Positions 39,001 through 54,000 of a DNA stretch of 64,000 nt are shown here, one piece after another. This stretch comes from Eledone cirrhosa (Eukaryota), in assembly GCA_964016885.1 (NCBI GenBank), contig OZ024742.1, positions 344,162,001 to 344,226,000 of the forward strand. Direction: 5' to 3'. A program made the position numbers and the translations under genes. The notes beneath the pieces are model-generated. The model was not told where the DNA came from and searched no databases. It was given only the letters and a program-made list of their open reading frames with translations. Numbering within the stretch: position 1 is the stretch's first letter; every line of letters starts with the position of its first letter.

Positions 39001-42000
39001 GTTGTGACATGTTATAGTCATTGTCAGCCATGTCACTGTAATATATAGTTCCTCTTTAAGACTGTAGCTATTCCACTGTTGTCACATGTTATAGTCATTG
39101 TCAGCCATGTCACTGTAATATATTGTTCCTCTTTAAGACTCTAACTATTCCACTGTTGTGACGTGTTATAGTCATTGTCAGTCATGTCACTGTAATATAT
39201 AGTTCATCTTTAAGACTGTAACTATTCCACTGTTGTGACATGTTATAGTCATTGTCAGCCATGTCACTGTAATATATAGTTCCTCTTTAAGACTGTAACA
39301 ATTTCACTGTTGTGACATGTTATTGTCATTGTCAGCCATGTCACTGTAATATATAGTTCCTCTTTAAGACTGTAACTATTCCTCTGTTGTGACGTGTTAT
39401 AGTCATTGTCAGCCATGTCACTGTAATATATAGTTCCTCTTTAAGACTGTAACTATTCCAATGTTGTGACATGTTATAATCATTGTCAGCCATGTCACTG
39501 TAATATATAGTTCCTCTTTAAGACTTACTATATCTCTGTTGTCACATGTTATAGTCATTGTCAGCCTTGTCACTGTAATATATAGTTCCTCTTTAAGACT
39601 GTAACTATTCCACTGTTGTGACATGTTATAGTCATTGTCAGCCATGTCACTGTAATATATAGTTCCTCTTTAAGACTGTAACTATTCCACTGTTGTGACA
39701 TGTTATAGTCATTGTCGGCCATGTAACTGTAATATATAGTTCCTCTTTAAGACTGTAACTATTCCACTGTTGTGACATGTTATAGTCATTGTCAGCCATG
39801 TCACTGTAATATATAGTTCCTCTTTAAGACTGTAACTATTCCACTGTTGTGACATGTTATAGTCATTGTCAGCCATGTCACTGTAATATATAGTTCCTCT
39901 TTAAGACTAACTATTCCACTGTTGTTACATGTTATAGTCATTGTCAGCCATGTCACTGTAATATATAGTTCCTCTTTAAGACTAACTATTCCACTGTTGT
40001 GACATGTTATAATCATTGTCAGCCATGTCACTGTAATATATAGTTCCTCTTTAAGATTAACTATTCCACTGTTGTCACATGTTATATTCATTGTCAGCCA
40101 TGTCACTGTAATATATAGTTCCTCTTTAAGACTGTAACTATTTCACTGTTGTGACATGTTATAGTCATTGTCAGCCATGTTACTGTAATATATAGTTCCT
40201 CTTTAAGACTAACTATTCCACTGTTGTGACATGTTATAGTCATTGTTAGCCATGTCACTGTAATATATAGTTCCTCTTTAAGACTGTAACTATTCCACTG
40301 TTGTGACATGTTATAGTCATTGTCAGCCATGTTACTGTAATATATAGTTCCTCTTTAAGACTAACTATTCCACTGTTGTGACATGTTATAGTCATTGTCA
40401 GCCATGTCACTGTAATATATAGTTCCTCTTTAAGACTGTAACTATTCCACTGTTATCACATGTTATAGTCATTGTCAGCCATGTCACTGTAATATATAGT
40501 TCATCTTTAAGACTGTAACTATTCCACTGTTGTGACATGTTATAGTCATTGTCAGCCATGTCACTGCAATATATAGTTCCTCTTTAAGACTGTAACTATT
40601 CCACTGTTGTGACATGTTATAATCATTGTCAGCCATGTCACTGTAATATATAGTTCATCTTTAAGACTGTAACTATTCCACTGTTGTGACATGTCAGTCA
40701 TTGTCAGCCATGTCACTGTATAAGTTCCTCTTTAAGACTAACTATATCACTGTTGTGACATGTTATAGTCATTGTCAGCCATGTCACTGTAATATATAGT
40801 TCCTCTTTAAGACTGTAACTATTCCACTGTTATCACATGTTATAGTCATTGTCAGCCATGTCACTGTAATATATAGTTCCTCTTTAAGACTAACTATTCC
40901 ACTGTTGTGACATGTTATAATCATTGTCAGCCATGTCACTGTAATATATAGTTCCTCTTTAAGACTAACTATTCAACTGTTGTCACATGTTATAGTCATT
41001 GTCAGCCATGTCACTGTAATATATAGTTCCTCTTTAAGACTGTAACTATTTCACTGTTGTGACATGTCAGTCATTGTCAGCCATGTCACTGTATAAGTTC
41101 CTCTTTAAGACTGTAACTATTCCACTGTTGTGACATGTTATTGTCATTGTCAGCCATGTCACTGTAATATATAGTTCCTCTTTAAGACTAACTATTCCAC
41201 TGTTGTGACATGTTATAGTCATTGTCAGCCATGTCACTGTAATATATAGTTCCTCTTTAAGACTGTAACTATTCCACTGTTGTTACATGTTATAGTCATT
41301 GTCAGCCATGTCACTGTAATATATAGTTCCTCTTTAAGACTGTAACTATTCCACTGTTGTGACATGTTATTGTCATTGTCAGCCATGTCACTGTAATATA
41401 TAGTTCCTCTTCAAGACTGTAACTATTCCACTGTTGTGACATGTTATAGTCATTGTCAGCCATGTCACTGTAATATATAGTTCCTCTTTAAGACTAACTA
41501 TTCCACTGTTGTGACATGTTATAATCATTGTCAGCCATGTCACTGTAATATATAGTTCCTCTTTAAGAGTAACTATTCCACTGTTGTCACATGTTATAGT
41601 CATTGTCAGCCATGTCACTGTAATATATAGTTCCTCTTTAAGACTGTAACTATTTCACTGTTGTGACATGTCAGTCATTGTCAGCCATGTCACTGTATAA
41701 GTTCCTCTTTAAGACTAACTATATCACTGTTGTGACATGTTATAGTCATTGTTAGCCATGTCACTGTAATATATAGTTCCTCTTTAAGACTGTAACTATT
41801 CCACTGTTGTGACATGTTATAGTCATTGTCAGCCATGTCACTGTAATATATAGTTCCTCTTTAAGACTAACTATTTCACTGTTGTGACATGTTATAGTCA
41901 TTGTCAGCCATGTCACTGTAATATATAGTTCTTCTTTAAGACTGTAACTATTCCACTGTTGTGACATGTTATAGTCATTGTCTGCCATGTCACTGTAATA

Positions 42001-45000
42001 TATAGTTCCTCTTTAAGACTAACAATTCCACTATTGTGACGTGTTATAGTCATTGTCAGCCATGTCACTGTAAAATATAGTTCCTCTTTAAAACTGTAAC
42101 TATTCCACTGTTGTGACATGTTATAGTCATTGTCAGCCATGTCACTGCAATATATAGTTCCTCTTTAAGACTGTAACTATTCCACTGTTGTGACATGTTA
42201 TAGTCATTGTCAGCCATGTCACTGTGATATATATTTCATCTTTAAGACCAACTATTCCACTGTTGTGACATGTTATAGTCATTGTCAGCCATGTCACTGT
42301 AATATATAGTTCCTCTTTAAGACTAACAATTCCACTGTTGTGACATGTTATAGTCATTGTCAGCCATGTCACTGTAATATATAGTTCCTCTTTAAGACTG
42401 TAACTATTCCACTGTTATCACATGTTATAGTCATTGTCAGCCATGTCACTGTAATACATAGTTCAACTTTAAGACTGTAACTATTCCACTGTTGTGACGT
42501 GTTATAGTCATTGTCAGCCATGTCACTGTAAAATATAGTTCCTCTTTAAGACTGTAACTATTCCACTGTTGTGACATGTTATAGTCATTGTCAGCCATGT
42601 CACTGCAATATATAGTTCCTCTTTAAGACTGTAACAATTTCACTGTTGTGACATGTTATAGTCATTGTCAGCCATGTCACTGTAATATATAGTTCCTCTT
42701 TAAGACTGTAACTATTCCACTGTTGTGACATGTTATAGTCATTGTTAGCCATGTCACTGTAATATATAGTTCCTCTTTAAGACTAACTATTCCACTGTTG
42801 TGACATGTTATAGTCATTGTCAGCCATGTCACTGTAATATATAGTTCCTCTTTAAGACTGTAACTATTCCACTGTTGTGACATGTTATAGTCATTGTCAG
42901 CCATGACACTGTAATATATAGTTCCTCTTTAAGACTAACTATTCCACTGTTGTGACATGTTATAATCATTGTCAACCATGTCACTGTAATATATAGTTCC
43001 TCTTTAAGACTGTAACTATTTCACTGTTGTGACATGTCGTCATTGTCAGCCATGTCACTGTATAAGTTCCTCTTTAAGACTAACTATATCACTGTTGTGA
43101 CATGTTATAGTCATTGTCAGCCATGTCACTGTAATATATAGTTCCTCTTTAAGACTAACTATTTCACTGTTGTGACATGTTATAGTCATTGTCAGCCATG
43201 TCACTGTAATATATAGTTCCACTTTAAGACTGTAACTATTCCACTGTTGTCACATGTTATAGTCATTGTCAGCCATGTCACTGTAATATATAGTTCCTCT
43301 TTAAGACTAACTATTCCACTGTTGTCACATGTTATAGTCATTGTCAGCCATGTCACTGTAATATATAGTTCCTCTTTAAGACTGTAACTATTCCACTGTT
43401 ATCACATGGTATAGTCATTGTCAGCCATGTCACTGTAATATATAGTTCCTCTTTAAGACTAACTATTCCACTGTTGTGACATGTTATAGTCATTGTCAGC
43501 CATGTCACTGTAATATATAGTTCCTCTTTAAGACTGTAACTATTCCACTGTTGTTACATGTTATAGTCATTGTCAGCCATGTCACTGTAATATATAGTTC
43601 CTCTTTAAGACTGTAACTATTCCACTGTTGTGACATGTTATTGTCATTGTCAGCCATGTCACTGTAATATATAGTTCCTCTTTAAGACTGTAACTATTCC
43701 ACTGTTGTGACATGTTATTGTCATTGTCAGCCATGTCACTGTAATATATAGTTCCTCTTTAAGACTGTAACTATTCCACTGTTGTGACATGTTATAGTCA
43801 TTGTCAGCCATGTCACTGTAATATATAGTTCCTCTTCAAGACTGTAACTATTCCACTGTTGTGACATGTTATAGTCATTGTCAGCCATGTCACTGTAATA
43901 TATAGTTCCTCTTTAAGACTAACTATTCCACTGTTGTGACATGTTATAATCATTGTCAGCCATGTCACTGTAATATATAGTTCCTCTTTAAGACTAACTA
44001 TTCCACTGTTGTGACATGTTATAGTCATTGTCAGCCATGTCACTGTAATATATAGTTCCTCTTTAAGACTAACTATTCCAATGTTGTCACATGTTATAGT
44101 CATTGTCAGCCATGTCACTGTAATATATAGTTCCTCTTTAAGACTGTAACTATTTCACTGTTGTGACATGTCAGTCATTGTCAGCCATGTCACTGTATAA
44201 GTTCCTCTTTAAAACTAACTATATCACTGTTGTGACATGTTATAGTCATTGTTAGCCATGTCACTGTAATATATAGTTCCTCTTTAAGACTAACTATTTC
44301 ACTGTTGTGACATGTTATAGTCATTGTCAGCCATGTCACTGTAATATATAGTTCCTCTTTAAGACTAACTATTTCACTGTTGTGACATGTTATAGTCATT
44401 GTCAGCCATGTCACTGTAATATATAGTTCCTCTTTAAGACTAACAATTCCACTGTTGTGATATGTTATAGTCATTGTCAGCCATGTCACTGTAATATATA
44501 GTTCCTCTTTAAGACTGTAACTATTCCACTGTTATCACATGTTATAGTCATTGTCAGCCATGTCACTGTAATATATAGTTCATCTTTAAGACTGTAACTA
44601 TTCCACTGTTGTGACATGTTATAATCATTGTCAACCATGTCACTGTAATATATAGTTCCTCTTTAAGACTGTAACTATTTCACTGTTGTGACATGTCAGT
44701 CATTGTCAGCCATGTCACTGTATAAGTTCCTCTTTAAGACTAACTATATCACTGTTGTGACATGTTATAGTCATTGTCAGCCATGTCACTGTAATATATA
44801 GTTCCTCTTTAAGACTAACTATTCCACTGTTGTCACATGTTATAGTCATTGTCAGCCATGTCACTGTAATATATAGTTCCTCTTTAAGACTAACTATTTC
44901 ACTGTTGTGACATGTTATAGTCATTGTCAGCCATGTCACTGTAATATATAGTTCCACTTTAAGACTCTAACTATTCCACTGTTGTCACATGTTATAGTCA

Positions 45001-48000
45001 TTGTCAGCCATGTCACTGTAATATATGGTTCCTCTTTAAGACTAACTATTCCACTGTTGTCACATGTTATAGTCATTGTCAGCCATGTCACTGTAATATA
45101 TAGTTCCTCTTTAAGACTGTAACTATTCCACTGTTATCACATGGTATAGTCATTCTCAGCCATGTCACTGCAATATATAGTTCCTCTTTAAGACTAACTA
45201 TTCCACTGTTGTGACATGTTATATTCATTGTCAGCCATGTCACTGTAATATATAGTTCCTCTTTAAGACTGTAACTATTCCACTGTTGTGACATGTTATA
45301 GTCATTGTCAGCCATGTCACTGTAATATATAGTTTCTCTTTAAGACTGTAACTATTCCACTGTTGTCACATGTTATAGTCATTGTCAGCCATGTCACTGT
45401 AATATATAGTTCCTCTTTAAGACTCTAACTATTCCACTGTTGTGACATGTTATAGTCATTGTCAGCCATGTCACTGCAATATATAGTTCCTCTTTAAGAC
45501 TGTAACTATTCCACTGTTGTGACGTGTTATAGTCATTGTCAGCCATGTCACTGTAATATATAGTTCCTCTTTAAGACTGTAACTATTCCACTGTTGTGAC
45601 ATGTTATAGTCATTGTCAGCCATGTCACTGCAATATATAGTTCCTCTTTAAGACTGTAACTATTCCACTGTTGTGACATGTTATCGTCATTGTCAGCCAT
45701 GTCACTGTAATATATAGTTTCTCTTTAAGACTGTAACTATTCCACTGTTGTCACATGTTATAGTCATTGTCAGCCATGTCACTGTAATATATAGTTCCTC
45801 TTTAAGACTCTAACTATTCCACTGTTGTGACATGTTATAGTCATTGTCAGCCATGTCACTGTAATATATAGTTCCTCTTTAAGACTGTAACAATTTCACT
45901 GTTGTGACATGTTATTGTCATTGTCAGCCATGTCACTGTAATATATAGTTCCTCTTTAAGACTGTAACTATTCCTCTGTTGTGACGTGTTATAGTCATTG
46001 TCAGCCATGTCACTGTAATATATAGTTCCTCTTTAAGACTTACTATATCTCTGTTGTCACATGTTATAGTCATTGTCAGCCTTGTCACTGTAATATATAG
46101 TTCCTCTTTAAGACTGTAACTATTCCACTGTTGTGACATGTTATAGTCATTGTCAGCCATGTCACTGTAATATATAGTTCCTCTTTAAGACTGTAACTAT
46201 TCCACTGTTGTGACATGTTATAGTCATTGTCGGCCATGTAACTGTAATATATAGTTCCTCTTTAAGACTGTAACTATTCCACTGTTGTGACATGTTATAG
46301 TCATTGTCAGCCATGTCACTGTAATATATAGTTCCTCTTTAAGACTGTAACTATTCCACTGTTGTGACATGTTATAGTCATTGTCAGCCATGTCACTGTA
46401 ATATATAGTTCCTCTTTAAGACTAACTATTCCACTGTTGTTACATGTTATAGTCATTGTCAGCCATGTCACTGTAATATATAGTTCCTCTTTAAGACTAA
46501 CTATTCCACTGTTGTGACATGTTATAATCATTGTCAGCCATGTCACTGTAATATATAGTTCCTCTTTAAGATTAACTATTCCACTGTTGTCACATGTTAT
46601 ATTCATTGTCAGCCATGTCACTGTAATATATAGTTCCTCTTTAAGACTGTAACTATTTCACTGTTGTGACATGTTATAGTCATTGTCAGCCATGTTACTG
46701 TAATATATAGTTCCTCTTTAAGACTAACTATTCCACTGTTGTGACATGTTATAGTCATTGTTAGCCATGTCACTGTAATATATAGTTCCTCTTTAAGACT
46801 GTAACTATTCCACTGTTGTGACATGTTATAGTCATTGTCAGCCATGTTACTGTAATATATAGTTCCTCTTTAAGACTAACTATTCCACTGTTGTGACATG
46901 TTATAGTCATTGTCAGCCATGTCACTGTAATATATAGTTCCTCTTTAAGACTGTAACTATTCCACTGTTATCACATGTTATAGTCATTGTCAGCCATGTC
47001 ACTGTAATATATAGTTCATCTTTAAGACTGTAACTATTCCACTGTTGTGACATGTTATAGTCATTGTCAGCCATGTCACTGCAATATATAGTTCCTCTTT
47101 AAGACTGTAACTATTCCACTGTTGTGACATGTTATAATCATTGTCAGCCATGTCACTGTAATATATAGTTCATCTTTAAGACTGTAACTATTCCACTGTT
47201 GTGACATGTCAGTCATTGTCAGCCATGTCACTGTATAAGTTCCTCTTTAAGACTAACTATATCACTGTTGTGACATGTTATAGTCATTGTCAGCCATGTC
47301 ACTGTAATATATAGTTCCTCTTTAAGACTGTAACTATTCCACTGTTATCACATGTTATAGTCATTGTCAGCCATGTCACTGTAATATATAGTTCCTCTTT
47401 AAGACTAACTATTCCACTGTTGTGACATGTTATAATCATTGTCAGCCATGTCACTGTAATATATAGTTCCTCTTTAAGACTAACTATTCAACTGTTGTCA
47501 CATGTTATAGTCATTGTCAGCCATGTCACTGTAATATATAGTTCCTCTTTAAGACTGTAACTATTTCACTGTTGTGACATGTCAGTCATTGTCAGCCATG
47601 TCACTGTATAAGTTCCTCTTTAAGACTGTAACTATTCCACTGTTGTGACATGTTATTGTCATTGTCAGCCATGTCACTGTAATATATAGTTCCTCTTTAA
47701 GACTAACTATTCCACTGTTGTGACATGTTATAGTCATTGTCAGCCATGTCACTGTAATATATAGTTCCTCTTTAAGACTGTAACTATTCCACTGTTGTTA
47801 CATGTTATAGTCATTGTCAGCCATGTCACTGTAATATATAGTTCCTCTTTAAGACTGTAACTATTCCACTGTTGTGACATGTTATTGTCATTGTCAGCCA
47901 TGTCACTGTAATATATAGTTCCTCTTCAAGACTGTAACTATTCCACTGTTGTGACATGTTATAGTCATTGTCAGCCATGTCACTGTAATATATAGTTCCT

Positions 48001-51000
48001 CTTTAAGACTAACTATTCCACTGTTGTGACATGTTATAATCATTGTCAGCCATGTCACTGTAATATATAGTTCCTCTTTAAGAGTAACTATTCCACTGTT
48101 GTCACATGTTATAGTCATTGTCAGCCATGTCACTGTAATATATAGTTCCTCTTTAAGACTGTAACTATTTCACTGTTGTGACATGTCAGTCATTGTCAGC
48201 CATGTCACTGTATAAGTTCCTCTTTAAGACTAACTATATCACTGTTGTGACATGTTATAGTCATTGTTAGCCATGTCACTGTAATATATAGTTCCTCTTT
48301 AAGACTGTAACTATTCCACTGTTGTGACATGTTATAGTCATTGTCAGCCATGTCACTGTAATATATAGTTCCTCTTTAAGACTAACTATTTCACTGTTGT
48401 GACATGTTATAGTCATTGTCAGCCATGTCACTGTAATATATAGTTCTTCTTTAAGACTGTAACTATTCCACTGTTGTGACATGTTATAGTCATTGTCTGC
48501 CATGTCACTGTAATATATAGTTCCTCTTTAAGACTAACAATTCCACTATTGTGACGTGTTATAGTCATTGTCAGCCATGTCACTGTAAAATATAGTTCCT
48601 CTTTAAAACTGTAACTATTCCACTGTTGTGACATGTTATAGTCATTGTCAGCCATGTCACTGCAATATATAGTTCCTCTTTAAGACTGTAACTATTCCAC
48701 TGTTGTGACATGTTATAGTCATTGTCAGCCATGTCACTGTGATATATATTTCATCTTTAAGACCAACTATTCCACTGTTGTGACATGTTATAGTCATTGT
48801 CAGCCATGTCACTGTAATATATAGTTCCTCTTTAAGACTAACAATTCCACTGTTGTGACATGTTATAGTCATTGTCAGCCATGTCACTGTAATATATAGT
48901 TCCTCTTTAAGACTGTAACTATTCCACTGTTATCACATGTTATAGTCATTGTCAGCCATGTTACTGTAATACATAGTTCAACTTTAAGACTGTAACTATT
49001 CCACTGTTGTGACGTGTTATAGTCATTGTCAGCCATGTCACTGTAAAATATAGTTCCTCTTTAAGACTGTAACTATTCCACTGTTGTGACATGTTATAGT
49101 CATTGTCAGCCATGTCACTGCAATATATAGTTCCTCTTTAAGACTGTAACAATTTCACTGTTGTGACATGTTATAGTCATTGTCAGCCATGTCACTGTAA
49201 TATATAGTTCCTCTTTAAGACTGTAACTATTCCACTGTTGTGACATGTTATAGTCATTGTTAGCCATGTCACTGTAATATATAGTTCCTCTTTAAGACTA
49301 ACTATTCCACTGTTGTGACATGTTATAGTCATTGTCAGCCATGTCACTGTAATATATAGTTCCTCTTTAAGACTGTAACTATTCCACTGTTGTGACATGT
49401 TATAGTCATTGTCAGCCATGTCACTGTAATATATAGTTCCTCTTTAAGACTAACTATTCCACTGTTGTGACATGTTATAATCATTGTCAACCATGTCACT
49501 GTAATATATAGTTCCTCTTTAAGACTGTAACTATTTCACTGTTGTGACATGTCGTCATTGTCAGCCATGTCACTGTATAAGTTCCTCTTTAAGACTAACT
49601 ATATCACTGTTGTGACATGTTATAGTCATTGTCAGCCATGTCACTGTAATATATAGTTCCTCTTTAAGACTAACTATTTCACTGTTGTGACATGTTATAG
49701 TCATTGTCAGCCATGTCACTGTAATATATAGTTCCACTTTAAGACTGTAACTATTCCACTGTTGTCACATGTTATAGTCATTGTCAGCCATGTCACTGTA
49801 ATATATAGTTCCTCTTTAAGACTAACTATTCCACTGTTGTCACATGTTATAGTCATTGTCAGCCATGTCACTGTAATATATAGTTCCTCTTTAAGACTGT
49901 AACTATTCCACTGTTATCACATGGTATAGTCATTGTCAGCCATGTCACTGTAATATATAGTTCCTCTTTAAGACTAACTATTCCACTGTTGTGACATGTT
50001 ATAGTCATTGTCAGCCATGTCACTGTAATATATAGTTCCTCTTTAAGACTGTAACTATTCCACTGTTGTTACATGTTATAGTCATTGTCAGCCATGTCAC
50101 TGTAATATATAGTTCCTCTTTAAGACTGTAACTATTCCACTGTTGTGACATGTTATTGTCATTGTCAGCCATGTCACTGTAATATATAGTTCCTCTTTAA
50201 GACTGTAACTATTCCACTGTTGTGACATGTTATTGTCATTGTCAGCCATGTCACTGTAATATATAGTTCCTCTTTAAGACTGTAACTATTCCACTGTTGT
50301 GACATGTTATAGTCATTGTCAGCCATGTCACTGTAATATATAGTTCCTCTTCAAGACTGTAACTATTCCACTGTTGTGACATGTTATAGTCATTGTCAGC
50401 CATGTCACTGTAATATATAGTTCCTCTTTAAGACTAACTATTCCACTGTTGTGACATGTTATAATCATTGTCAGCCATGTCACTGTAATATATAGTTCCT
50501 CTTTAAGACTAACTATTCCACTGTTGTGACATGTTATAGTCATTGTCAGCCATGTCACTGTAATATATAGTTCCTCTTTAAGACTAACTATTCCAATGTT
50601 GTCACATGTTATAGTCATTGTCAGCCATGTCACTGTAATATAGAGTTCCTCTTTAAGACTGTAACTATTTCACTGTTGTGACATGTCAGTCATTGTCAGC
50701 CATGTCACTGTATAAGTTCCTCTTTAAAACTAACTATATCACTGTTGTGACATGTTATAGTCATTGTTAGCCATGTCACTGTAATATATAGTTCCTCTTT
50801 AAGACTAACTATTTCACTGTTGTGACATGTTATAGTCATTGTCAGCCATGTCACTGTAATATATAGTTCCTCTTTAAGACTAACTATTTCACTGTTGTGA
50901 CATGTTATAGTCATTGTCAGCCATGTCACTGTAATATATAGTTCCTCTTTAAGACTAACAATTCCACTGTTGTGATATGTTATAGTCATTGTCAGCCATG

Positions 51001-54000
51001 TCACTGTAATATATAGTTCCTCTTTAAGACTGTAACTATTCCACTGTTATCACATGTTATAGTCATTGTCAGCCATGTCACTGTAATATATAGTTCATCT
51101 TTAAGACTGTAACTATTCCACTGTTGTGACATGTTATAATCATTGTCAACCATGTCACTGTAATATATAGTTCCTCTTTAAGACTGTAACTATTTCACTG
51201 TTGTGACATGTCAGTCATTGTCAGCCATGTCACTGTATAAGTTCCTCTTTAAGACTAACTATATCACTGTTGTGACATGTTATAGTCATTGTCAGCCATG
51301 TCACTGTAATATATAGTTCCTCTTTAAGACTAACTATTCCACTGTTGTCACATGTTATAGTCATTGTCAGCCATGTCACTGTAATATATAGTTCCTCTTT
51401 AAGACTAACTATTTCACTGTTGTGACATGTTATAGTCATTGTCAGCCATGTCACTGTAATATATAGTTCCACTTTAAGACTCTAACTATTCCACTGTTGT
51501 CACATGTTATAGTCATTGTCAGCCATGTCACTGTAATATATGGTTCCTCTTTAAGACTAACTATTCCACTGTTGTCACATGTTATAGTCATTGTCAGCCA
51601 TGTCACTGTAATATATAGTTCCTCTTTAAGACTGTAACTATTCCACTGTTATCACATGGTATAGTCATTGTCAGCCATGTCACTGCAATATATAGTTCCT
51701 CTTTAAGACTAACTATTCCACTGTTGTGACATGTTATATTCATTGTCAGCCATGTCACTGTAATATATAGTTCCTCTTTAAGACTGTAACTATTCCACTG
51801 TTGTGACATGTTATAGTCATTGTCAGCCATGTCACTGTAATATATAGTTTCTCTTTAAGACTGTAACTATTCCACTGTTGTCACATGTTATAGTCATTGT
51901 CAGCCATGTCACTGTAATATATAGTTCCTCTTTAAGACTCTAACTATTCCACTGTTGTGACATGTTATAGTCATTGTCAGCCATGTCACTGCAATATATA
52001 GTTCCTCTTTAAGACTGTAACTATTCCACTGTTGTGACGTGTTATAGTCATTGTCAGCCATGTCACTGTAATATATAGTTCCTCTTTAAGACTGTAACTA
52101 TTCCACTGTTGTGACATGTTATAGTCATTGTCAGCCATGTCACTGCAATATATAGTTCCTCTTTAAGACTGTAACTATTCCACTGTTGTGACATGTTATC
52201 GTCATTGTCAGCCATGTCACTGTAATATATAGTTTCTCTTTAAGACTGTAACTATTCCACTGTTGTCACATGTTATAGTCATTGTCAGCCATGTCACTGT
52301 AATATATAGTTCCTCTTTAAGACTCTAACTATTCCACTGTTGTGACATGTTATAGTCATTGTCAGCCATGTCACTACAATATATAGTTCCTCTTTAAAAT
52401 TGTAACTATTCCACTGTTGTGACATGTTATATTCATTGTCAGCCATGTCACTGTAATATATAGTTCCTCTTTAAGACTGTAACTAATCCACTGTTGTGAC
52501 ATGTTATAGTCATTGTCAGCCATGTCACTGTAATATATAGTTCCTCTTTAAGACAGTAACTATTCCACTGTTGTGACATGTTATAGTCATTGTCAGCCAT
52601 GTCACTATAATATATATAGTTCCTCTTTAAGACTGTAACTACTCCACTGTTGTGACATGTTATAGTCATTGTCAGCCATGTCAATGTAATATATAGTTCC
52701 TCTTAAAGACTAACTATTCCACTGTTGTGACATGTTATAGTCATTGTCAGCCATGTCACTGTAATATATAGTTCCTCTTTAAGACTAACTATATCACTGT
52801 TGTGACGTGTGATAGTCATTGTCAGCCTTATCACTGTAATATATAGTTCATCTTTAAGACTAACTATATCACTGTTGTGACATGTTATAGTCATTGTCAG
52901 CCATGTCACTGTAATATATAGTTCCTCTTTAAGACTGTAACTAATCCACTGTTGTGACATGTTATAGTCATTGTCAGCCATGTCACTGCAATATATAGTT
53001 CCTCTTTAAGACTAACTATTCCACTGTTGTCACATGTTATAGTCATTTGTCAGCCATGTCACTGTAATATATAGTTCCTCTTTAAGACTAACTATTCCAC
53101 TGTTGTCACATGTTATAGTCATTGTCAGCCATGTCACTGTAATATATAGTTCATCTTTAAGACTAACTATATCACTGTTGTGACATGTTATAGTCATTGT
53201 CAGCCATGTCACTGTAATATATAGTTCCTCTTTAAGACTGTAACTATTCCACTGTTGTCACAAGTTATAGTCATTGTCAGCCATGTCACTGTAATATATA
53301 GTTCCTCTTTAAGACTGTAACTATTCCATTGTTGTGACATGTTATAGTCATTGTCAGCCATGTCACTGTAATATATAGTTCCTCTGTAAGACTAACTATT
53401 CCACTGTTGTCACATGTTATAGTCATTGTCGGCCATGTCACTGTAATATATAGTTCATCTTTAAGACTGTAACTATTCCACTGTTGTGACATGTTATAGT
53501 CATTGTCAGTCATGTCACTGTAATATATAGTTCCTCTTTAAAACTGTAACTATTCCACTGTTATCACATGTTATAGTCATTGTCAGCCATGTCACTGTAA
53601 TATATAGTTCATCTTTAAGACTGTAACTATTCCACTGTTGTGACGTGTTATAGTCATTGTCAGCCATTTCACTGTAAAATATAGTTCCTCTTTAAAACTG
53701 TAACTATTCCACTGTTGTGACATGTTATAGTCATTGTCAGCCATGTCACTGCAATATATAGTTCCTCTTTAAGACTGTAACTATTCCACTGTTGTGACAT
53801 GTTATAGTCATTGTCAGCCATGTCACTGTGATATATAGTTCATCTTTAAGACTAACTATTCCACTGTTGTGACATGTTATAGTCATTGTCAGCCATGTCA
53901 CTGTAATATATAGTTCCTCTTTAAGACTAACAATTCCACTGTTGTGATATGTTATAGTCATTGTCAGCCATGTCACTGTAATATATAGTTCCTCTTTAAG

